Assembly (NCBI GenBank): GCA_039588295.1
Contig: JBDHAB010000054.1
Location: 1 to 23,139, forward strand
DNA length: 23,139 nt
DNA from: Gemmatimonadota bacterium
GTDB taxonomy: Bacteria; Gemmatimonadota; Gemmatimonadetes; Gemmatimonadales; GWC2-71-9
Direction of reading: 5' to 3'
Shown one piece after another: positions 15,807 to 23,139 of this stretch. The notes under the pieces were generated by a model. That model searched no databases. It was not told where the DNA came from and saw only the letters and a program-made list of their open reading frames with translations. The number at the start of each line of letters is the position of its first letter. Positions within the stretch are counted from its first letter, which is position 1. Position numbers and translations under genes: made by a program.

Positions 15807-16856
15807 CTAAACACCCTCTGCAAGAAACAGATTGCGTGGCAAGGCTGCCCGATCTGATAGCGTGTTTTGCAGAGACTTCGCCTTCCAGAGCGCGTGAGTG
15901 CACCTCATGAATCCGATCACCCCTTGCCGCCGGTAGATGTTCGCGAGCAGATACCACCCACAATTGTGTCGTGGGACGAGTCGTACTGCTTCCTTCGCCA
16001 ACGCGGTTGCATCCTCAAGGTCGCCCCGCTTCACTCGGACAACGGCAAGCTCGAGCAGGAGAAGGTACCGGTAGCCGATCCCCGTATCATCGAGGCCGAG
16101 CCCTTGTCGCAACTGTCGTTCGGCATCTTCGGTCCGACCAAGTGAGGAGAGCGCATACCCGTATACGTAGCGCACAGTGGCGTCATGATCGGGAGTGCGC
16201 TGGTGCACATTGGTCGCGAAGGGAGGCACCCGGTCTCGATAGTCCGGTGGTGTCAGGCCCAGGTAGCACCTGCCCCCCGCCTCCCACATGCAGTCGAAGC
16301 TGTCGAAGTCCACTTTCCAACATGGGCCGAACGTTGGATCGTGCAGATACAAGGAGCTAGTCCGCTCGTCGTAGCCCACAACGACTCGGGCGCAATACCA
16401 GAAGTCCTCGCCAATCTTTCCATGGTCATCCAGCCGTGCGTTGGCCAGTCCCGGCGAGTCAAGCGGAACAAACACGCCGTCCAAGTTGCCAGAGGTGACC
16501 TGATACTGCTCGGGCACCTCTGTGATGCCAAGCTCGTAAGGAATCGAGTTCGTAGGATGGGCGAACGGCGTCAGAGCCGTGGGTCCGACCACGACGGGGA
16601 TCCCGTCTGCGAGCATCGCTTTGAGATCATCAATGCTTCCATGTTCTCTCATTTCCGTGGCCCAATCACGCAACGCGTCGTTCTCGTCACCAAGCCGCTG
16701 TTGAAGTACGCCCTCCGGGTCCATACCCCAGTAGGCCAAGACCATGCCCAGAGAAGCGGGCTGAGACGGATTGATCTCCAATCCCACCCGGTTGATTTCC
16801 TCCCAACCGATGAATGGCACATCCAGGATCACCTTGGGATCGAAACGCGACGTCAT
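15807..16856 (-). CDS. C39-like peptidase fold plus TPR protein with substituted catalytic residues
   Basis: LDVPF, SQPASLGMVLAYWG, GIPVVV and CARVVVGYD...LHDPTFG motifs. C-terminal TPR helices. Confidence 0.75.
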   Translation of the reverse strand: MTSRFDPKVILDVPFIGWEEINRVGLEINPSQPASLGMVLAYWGMDPEGVLQQRLGDENDALRDWATEMREHGSIDDLKAMLADGIPVVVGPTALTPFAHPTNSIPYELGITEVPEQYQVTSGNLDGVFVPLDSPGLANARLDDHGKIGEDFWYCARVVVGYDERTSSLYLHDPTFGPCWKVDFDSFDCMWEAGGRCYLGLTPPDYRDRVPPFATNVHQRTPDHDATVRYVYGYALSSLGRTEDAERQLRQGLGLDDTGIGYRYLLLLELAVVRVKRGDLEDATALAKEAVRLVPRHNCGWYLLANIYRRQGVIGFMRCTHALWKAKSLQNTLSDRAALPRNLFLAEGV

Positions 16857-17175
16857 CGTTCAGATCGGCGGCCGGGCAATGACGCGGTCCAGGCGATCAC
16901 CTGCTCAGTGACTTCTTTCCCGAGAGCCCAGACTTGCGCTGCCCACTCGGCATCCGCCGGATGGAAAGTCTGAAGCAAGCTCGTCTTGATCTCGCCCGCC
17001 ATCGGGTGATCCGGCCCCCCATGATGGTACAGCCAGTTGTCAGCACGGAGCGCCTTGAAGACATCCATCGGCGGCAATGTGCCGAACTCGAGACTCACAG
17101 CAGTCACGTCCCCATCAGGCAACATGTTGGTGAATGCCAATTTCAGAGACGCATCGAGGTGAGCGGATACGGAGG
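16853..17175 (-). pseudogene. C-terminal fragment of a DUF2817 / M14-family metallopeptidase-like gene
   Basis: VTAVSLEFGTLPPMDVFKALRADNWLYHHG...FHPADAEW is the family C-terminus. The N-terminal part is absent. ATGA overlap with the downstream gene. Confidence 0.7.
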
Positions 17176-17220
17176 CACCCTTCCCAGAGCCGATTTGCCT
17201 CGGATCAGGCCCCATGTGTC

Positions 17221-20200
17221 TCAGTTAAGCCGAGAAGTGCGGTGTGCGCACGCCGAGTCGCGCTCTGTCAGACGATCAGCGAGCGACCGCAGCGCAGTCA
17301 CGGATTCTTCGCGATCCTCGTAGCGCTTCATCAGCGCATCGATACGGTTGTGGACCACGCAGTGGATGTCGGTGCGCGGCGTCAGGCCCCTTGCTGTCTC
17401 GAGGTGTTCTAGGGCGGTATCCCAATCTCCATCCGCGGCTTCGGTGATCGATAGGGAGTAGTGCATCGCTGCGAGCTTCTCGTCGACCGAAACGACCTTC
17501 ACCACAGCCCACGCATCCTCATTCACCGCCTCATCGACCGGCATGTAGTCATATACCCATTCGTTCCACATGAAGTCGGCATCCTCGAGACGAGTACCGA
17601 CTGCCAGACGCTGTGCCTCGCCACCCCATCTGCGCGCGGCATCGAGGTCGCCGCTCAGTCGAGTGGCTTCCACGAGATTGAGCAGCGTGCCGAGGCTCAC
17701 CTCCGATTCGATGGCGCGCTCAAGGTAGGTCCGCGCGGTATCCACCTCACCGATGAGCAGGTGGAAGTAGCCTACGTTGTTCAAAGCGTTCTTCTGCAGC
17801 GGGTTCACGGCCAGCGCGAGGCGCGAGAACTCTATTGCTCGAGGATAATCGCCACTAGCGGCAAAGCCACGTCCCACTCCGATGTATGCCGCGGATACTG
17901 CGCTCGTGATCCAGTCCATGTCGTCGGATTCGATTTGTCGCACGAGATCCTGGACATACCCGAGCAATCCCACATAGCCTAACAGTGCATCCGTGTCCAG
18001 AGTCAGCCAATCGTCATCTCCCAAACTGGCTGCCGGGATCAAGGCACCGAACAGAACTGCGAGCTTCAACGAGCTGCGCTGACGGACAGCGCTCCGATCT
18101 GCTTCCGGAACCGGCGGCCCGGCCAGGTCACGCGGATCCAGGGTCTCGAAGCGGGCGAGCAGATCGTTGGGATCGGGTGACATCGCCGAGTCCGCTAGCA
18201 GCAGATGCGAGCCCTGAAACGAGAAGGTCCCCGGACCGACCAACTCACCTCCAGCGGAGACAGACACTGCGAAAGGTCGATCGAGTCGACTCGTGAGTAC
18301 CGCCGCCCGCCATACCGCGACGGCGGTGTCGGCGGCGCTCACCGGCGCGGCGTCACCGGCCAGGTCACGCCATCCGCTCACCGATTCCAGCATTGCCCAC
18401 GGATCACCGAGTCCGTGCCGCTCGACGAGGAGATCGCGATACCACTGCAGGGCCAGCATGCTGCGATTCACGACCACCACGTCTTGACGGAGATTCTCGA
18501 CCTCCTGCAAGGAGAGCAAGGGGAATGTGTCCATGTCACCCGAGGTCACCAAGATCGCGTCAGGCGGTGCGGTCTCCAGTAGCCAGCGCCCGACGGCGAG
18601 CGTCGCGGGCGTCAAGAAACCCGTCTGCATCAGCTTCCGGAGCGCTTCACGCTCCACGTCTCTCTCCCCGCGCTCCGCGGCCGCGAACACCAGGTCGAGC
18701 CAACCGTTCCCGTCGTCCGGATCACACTCGACAGCCTGCCGGAGATACTGCCACGCAGTATCGGCGTCGGCATCGGGCCACGCGGATCTACGAGGGGTGT
18801 ACGCCGTTCCCAAGACGCCAAGCGCGTGGCTGCTGCAGTCATCTCGTGCAAGGGCGAGTCTGGCACCCGTGATAGCGCCTGCTGTGTCCTCCGACCGGAG
18901 CAGGACCTCGGCAATCCACGCAATCGGGTCAGCATCGCTCGTATCTCTCGCGGCGGCATCCACGAACAGTGGGAGAGACGCCGCTACCTCACCGCGGTTG
19001 TAGAGGCTGCGCGCCGAGTCAAAGGAACTGGTGGTTGCGGCATCAGGCTCGAGACCGGATCGCACCAACGTGGGTAGCGCGGTCACCAGACCGCGAGTTC
19101 GCACGACCGCGTAGGCGGAGTCGATGCGTGCACCCGAGTTGATCAGGACGCGGCCGACCTCGTCATGCCCGCCAAGGGCCGCCCACACCAGAGGCGGCGT
19201 GCCTGTCCGATCGGTTGCGTTGACTCGCGCACCACTGTACAGGAGCAGACGAACCACCGGCACATGTCCGCGCTCCGCAGCGAGCATCAGAGGCGTGCGT
19301 CCCAGAGCATCGCGCTGGTCCACCTCGGCGCCTTCCTGAATGAAGCGCGAGACGGCATCCAGGTCTCCATCGGCGGCGGCGCCCAGTAGGGCCGCATCCC
19401 GACCCAGGTCGAGCGCTAGCTCGCCATACTCGAACTCGTATTCATGCCGCCGAATCCCTCGCGTGCTTGCCGTCTCACCCGCACTGTCTCGGAGCGTGGC
19501 CGAGAACTCCTCTTTGACCACTAGGCGGTGTGGGATCAATGTCTTCGGCTCGGTGACGAGATTGATTTCGGACATCATGTCCAGACTCTCCGTCACTGGG
19601 ACACTGGAGTCTCCTTGGTAGAGCATCTCGGTGAAGAGACGCGTCAGTAAGGCCCGCAGAGCGGCAGGATCGGGTCGCCCGTGCAGTGTAAGGCGAACGC
19701 AGGCGGAATCGGCGCGACCAGGCCCGCACTGCACGCGGGCCTCGGCCAAGTGTGTGTACCGGTGTGATATCAGCCTGTCAGGGAGGAACGGGGATTGCTG
19801 ATCGCCCTCGCTGTGGTACGGTACGCCCACCTCCAACTCGACATCGGCCCACAACTCCACCAGCGGGCTCCAGAAAGAGGCGATCCTGTTGAACAGAAAA
19901 TCGTCGGTCAGCGCCTGTTCCATGACGCTGCGAAAGCCGGGAGCCTCAGCGCCTATCGAGTCGATGAGCGGAGCAAGAGCCGCACGGACTTTTGAGATAT
20001 AGTCAGCGGCATCTTCGAGATCCAGCAACGCGCCGGCGCCGTCCACGATGTAGTCGGGTTTCAAAACTCTGACCAGCGTATTGAACAGGTTCACCCATGA
20101 CCGGGATCCCCCCGATACCTTGGGACCCTCGAAATCGGTGAACCGTATCAAGCGCCCGAGCTCGTGGTCTTCCACGACCAGTCCGTATCCGATCGTCGTA

Positions 20201-22305
20201 GTCGAACTGTCGACCGCCCCCCCCTCCTCCAGTACCTGCAGAAACCGCTCGTTGACGCGCACCGCCAGACCAACGGGCCATCCGAAGTTCAGGTGGAAGC
20301 TTGAGACACGGCTCAGGCTGTCGGCCACCGGGAAGCCGGATTGCACTTCGATGAACACGTGTTGAGCACGGTCCTCGGATACCGCCCGCATCCATCCAAC
20401 CAGAGCGCCAACGCTGTCCGGCGGCTCGATGCCCCTGCGCCCCGTCCGTTCCCTCACCGCGCGAAGGGTTCTGCCTTGCTGAGTGTACTGTGCGCGGTAG
20501 GTGCCGAACGTTCCACCAACCTCTACACTCGGCGGCAGCTCGGCTTGCCAACCCGGTGGCAGTTCGACCACGAATTCGGTCCGATGTGTGGAGGGACCGT
20601 TGAACTCATCGATCGCAATGGGAAACCGGCGCAGCGAGTCCCCCTCCAACTCCGCCGCCCACGCCTCCATCGAGTAGTCGGGCAACGGCAACGGCACCAC
20701 CAGCTTGTTGCCGGAACGCGCGGCTGCATCCGGTACCTTGAACCACACGAGAGCTGCCGGGAATACCGACAAGTCGAAGGCGTCGCCAATTTGAGCACTG
20801 TCGACCTGAGCGCGTTCGAAATAACTCCGCGCGATCTCTTCACCGGCGGCAACGATTTCCTCGTCATCCGCCAGATCGACGTCCGCGAGCAATTCCCGCA
20901 GGTCACCTGCTTCAATGCCGCTCGCAACGAGCGAGATGCCGCCGTCAAACGATCCATCGTCGAGCAACTTGCCTCCGATAGACACCTTGAGCAGGCTCGT
21001 GCCGGGATCCTCCAGTGGCAGTACCACCAGCTCGCCAGTGCCGTCGGCTCGGATCAGCAATCCGGCACTGCCCTGGAGTCCGTAGGGCAACTCCCCGAAC
21101 GGCATCAGACTGGAGGTCAGATCCGTGAACTTGCGCCCACGCGGTGTCTCCACTGCCGCGATCATGTGGTCGAACGCGGAAACCATCGGACGCAGCGAAT
21201 CGACTCCACCGGTTGCCTCCACCAGAACGGGATAGGCAGCGTAGCCAAGAGCACGGAGAGCCGCGACGAAGAACGTTGTCTTGTCTTTGCAGTCGCCGAA
21301 TCTCGACTCGAACACCTCGTCTGGATTGCGCGGTTGATATCCGCCGTCGCCCAATGCGAGAGACACGTAGCGGAAGGCTTGCGCAACCCAGCGATGGACG
21401 GTGAGAATCGAATCGTTCGCGGTTCTGGCTTCCGAGAGCTGCGACGACATCTCGCTCCGAATGTCGTCGGTCAGCCCGTAACGATCGTGCGACAACTCAT
21501 GGTACCACGCGGCGATGCTGTCCCATGTCAGCCCGCTCGATACGGTGATGCTCTCGATGACTTCGTTCGGCGAGCCGGCAAGTGGCTCCCACTCGATCGC
21601 GGGTATCGAGTCCCCTTCCCAGACCAGCACACGTCGACCTTCACATGTGTACTCGTTGAACTTGGAATCGATGTTGCGCTCGACGATGCGCGGCTCGACA
21701 GACTCGGGCAGGTCCAGGACGAAGCGCGATCGCTGTACGTCGATCATCTGGTTCATGAGCCAGGAGAAACTGAAGTCCGACGGGTAGGCTGGATCGAAAA
21801 CGTCGTACGTGTGGCTGACATCGACGATCACGCCGGGAGCCATGCCCTCCGCTGTAAACCGTCGGATGCGCTGGTCCGTGTAGACCGGTGCGTCAAACGA
21901 CACCTCGGGTGCTGACTCCTGCACGTGTGCTGGCCCGTCACTGAGCAGCTCGCCATCCGGAGAGTAGACTCGCAACCAGTTCAGCGCGAGTTCGCCACGC
22001 TCGGGGTTGTACACGTACGCGAACTCGCCCCACCGCTCGACGCCCTCCTGCGTCAGTATCTGTGCCACCTGGCGATAAGTCGATAGTCGCCTGCCACCCG
22101 CGTCGAGCTGCACCACCCCTTCGTCGAACAAGAGGACGACGTCCGATCCGGGGTGTTCTTCGGGCGAGACCGCGAGTGCGTAGAGCGCGGCATCATCGAT
22201 CGAAGGAGCACATGCAGGCGCGATCTCCCGAGACTGGGCCGACGCCAGACATGGGACGGCGACCGACGCCACGATCAGGGAGGCGTAGCGTGTGCCGGCG
22301 TTCAC
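17221..22305 (-). CDS. Large secreted multidomain protein: DUF3857 + transglutaminase-like + DUF3858 + unknown domain + ankyrin + TPR + DUF2723-C-like + TPR
   Basis: Signal peptide from GTG 22305 (frame open to 22377). FRYVSLALG.GGYQPR, GDCKDK, FDHMI. Ankyrin GRTPLMLAAERGH. AILVTSGDMDTFPL...LRQDVVVVNRSML. TPR ALNNVGYFH. Confidence 0.85.
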   Translation of the reverse strand: MNAGTRYASLIVASVAVPCLASAQSREIAPACAPSIDDAALYALAVSPEEHPGSDVVLLFDEGVVQLDAGGRRLSTYRQVAQILTQEGVERWGEFAYVYNPERGELALNWLRVYSPDGELLSDGPAHVQESAPEVSFDAPVYTDQRIRRFTAEGMAPGVIVDVSHTYDVFDPAYPSDFSFSWLMNQMIDVQRSRFVLDLPESVEPRIVERNIDSKFNEYTCEGRRVLVWEGDSIPAIEWEPLAGSPNEVIESITVSSGLTWDSIAAWYHELSHDRYGLTDDIRSEMSSQLSEARTANDSILTVHRWVAQAFRYVSLALGDGGYQPRNPDEVFESRFGDCKDKTTFFVAALRALGYAAYPVLVEATGGVDSLRPMVSAFDHMIAAVETPRGRKFTDLTSSLMPFGELPYGLQGSAGLLIRADGTGELVVLPLEDPGTSLLKVSIGGKLLDDGSFDGGISLVASGIEAGDLRELLADVDLADDEEIVAAGEEIARSYFERAQVDSAQIGDAFDLSVFPAALVWFKVPDAAARSGNKLVVPLPLPDYSMEAWAAELEGDSLRRFPIAIDEFNGPSTHRTEFVVELPPGWQAELPPSVEVGGTFGTYRAQYTQQGRTLRAVRERTGRRGIEPPDSVGALVGWMRAVSEDRAQHVFIEVQSGFPVADSLSRVSSFHLNFGWPVGLAVRVNERFLQVLEEGGAVDSSTTTIGYGLVVEDHELGRLIRFTDFEGPKVSGGSRSWVNLFNTLVRVLKPDYIVDGAGALLDLEDAADYISKVRAALAPLIDSIGAEAPGFRSVMEQALTDDFLFNRIASFWSPLVELWADVELEVGVPYHSEGDQQSPFLPDRLISHRYTHLAEARVQCGPGRADSACVRLTLHGRPDPAALRALLTRLFTEMLYQGDSSVPVTESLDMMSEINLVTEPKTLIPHRLVVKEEFSATLRDSAGETASTRGIRRHEYEFEYGELALDLGRDAALLGAAADGDLDAVSRFIQEGAEVDQRDALGRTPLMLAAERGHVPVVRLLLYSGARVNATDRTGTPPLVWAALGGHDEVGRVLINSGARIDSAYAVVRTRGLVTALPTLVRSGLEPDAATTSSFDSARSLYNRGEVAASLPLFVDAAARDTSDADPIAWIAEVLLRSEDTAGAITGARLALARDDCSSHALGVLGTAYTPRRSAWPDADADTAWQYLRQAVECDPDDGNGWLDLVFAAAERGERDVEREALRKLMQTGFLTPATLAVGRWLLETAPPDAILVTSGDMDTFPLLSLQEVENLRQDVVVVNRSMLALQWYRDLLVERHGLGDPWAMLESVSGWRDLAGDAAPVSAADTAVAVWRAAVLTSRLDRPFAVSVSAGGELVGPGTFSFQGSHLLLADSAMSPDPNDLLARFETLDPRDLAGPPVPEADRSAVRQRSSLKLAVLFGALIPAASLGDDDWLTLDTDALLGYVGLLGYVQDLVRQIESDDMDWITSAVSAAYIGVGRGFAASGDYPRAIEFSRLALAVNPLQKNALNNVGYFHLLIGEVDTARTYLERAIESEVSLGTLLNLVEATRLSGDLDAARRWGGEAQRLAVGTRLEDADFMWNEWVYDYMPVDEAVNEDAWAVVKVVSVDEKLAAMHYSLSITEAADGDWDTALEHLETARGLTPRTDIHCVVHNRIDALMKRYEDREESVTALRSLADRLTERDSACAHRTSRLN

Positions 22306-22544
22306 GTTGCTTCCCAGGATGGCCAGGGAAGAGCCGGTTCGCGCCGGTCCAGTCGCTCGCGCCAGCGTGTCATCCACGCCCTTCGATACTGATACTCAAA
22401 ACTGATAGAGGTGTCCTCTGTTTGGCGTAAGCCCAATGTCGTAAGCTGTTGCTCTGAGTGCAACTCTGGAATCGAAAATGACGACGAAGACTGATGCTCT
22501 GACCGCCCGCGAACCCGTCGCCGTCCGGCTCCCGCAGCGGGTGC

Positions 22545-22803
22545 GGACGGCCGGGGTACATCGCCCCCGAGCAGGTGGCCGGTGACCAGCCGATCGACGG
22601 CCGCACCGACATCTACTCCCTCGGCTGTGTCATGTATTGGCTGCTCACCGGACACATGGTGTTTGAAGGATCGAGCGCCATGCGTACCATGTTGATGCAC
22701 CTGAACGAGAAGCCGGTGCCGCCGTCGCAACGGACAGCGATGGAGACACCGGCCGGGCTAGAGCAGATCATCATGCAGTGCTTGGAGAAGGACCCCGAAG
22801 AAC
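22545..22803 (+). pseudogene. Ser/Thr protein kinase C-lobe fragment (subdomains VIII-XI)
   Basis: GRPGYIAPEQ...IDGRTDIYSLGCVMYWLLTG...CLEKDPE. N-lobe, HRD and DFG are absent, and the subdomain XI Arg is lost at the junction. Confidence 0.85.
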
Positions 22804-23139
22804 AGTGCCGGAGAGTTCTGGACATCTTCAGGCCACCGGCTGATTCAGTTCGACCCGAAATCTCGGAAGGTCGTACGCTCCCTGCCGAGAGTCGGCGAGG
22901 CGTTTCTGGCGTTTCTGGTAATCGCATTCGCACCAGATGATCGGTTGATCGGATGGTCGAACGGGAACGGTTATCTGTACGAAATCACCCTGATGGGTGA
23001 TTCTTACACAGAAACGCAACTTGTATTCGTTGGACTGAATGCTGGTGGTTTGACTGGACTGGCCTTTGCGCCGGATGGGACCCTTTGGGGCACTGACAAT
23101 CGCAACAAGCGGTTACTGACCATCGACGTCGATACGGGT
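22801..23139 (+). pseudogene. Beta-propeller repeat coding fragment, 5'-truncated and running off the window
   Basis: Open frame NSAGEFWTSSGHRLIQFDPK...IAFAPDDRLIGW...LTGLAFAPDGTLWGTD...LLTIDVDTG. In-frame stop at 22759 and no plausible start ahead of the repeats. Confidence 0.6.

Noticed and set aside
20341..21915. 524-aa plus-strand ORF
   Set aside because: Antisense shadow of the transglutaminase gene.
22899..22918. 9-bp tandem duplication GGCGTTTCT
   Set aside because: Frame-preserving slippage, with no evidence that it is a target-site duplication.
7131..23139. Second att site (tRNA-Pro fragment) for integrase 2
   Set aside because: Not found by eye within the window.

Overview
GC-rich bacterial accessory region. 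Gene content is tentatively Gemmatimonadota-like, which is an inference. It is centred on a minus-strand tRNA-Pro(CGG)/tRNA-Arg(CCG) locus used as an integration hotspot. An ~6.4 kb capsid-less integrative element (tyrosine integrase, HTH, excisionase-like protein, P-loop ATPase with an iteron-type origin inside its 3' end, sigma-like protein, RHH protein) abuts the 5' end of tRNA-Pro. A 647-bp toxin-antitoxin islet lies between a duplicated 5' HALF of tRNA-Arg and the intact tRNA-Arg. Downstream, a second tyrosine integrase lacks a start codon at its natural N-terminus. That N-terminus shares a 12-bp sequence with the tRNA-half junction, where the tRNA anticodon stem would supply an in-frame TTG. 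The right half holds integron attC sites without intI, a DUF2442-ClpN fusion, a TolB-like lipoprotein cassette, a C39-like pseudopeptidase-TPR protein, a 1.7-kaa DUF3857/transglutaminase/ankyrin/TPR mosaic protein and several abutting gene fragments. The left end has a 5'-nucleotidase lipoprotein and a frameshifted HExxH metallopeptidase. All domain calls come from motif recognition by eye; no searches were run.
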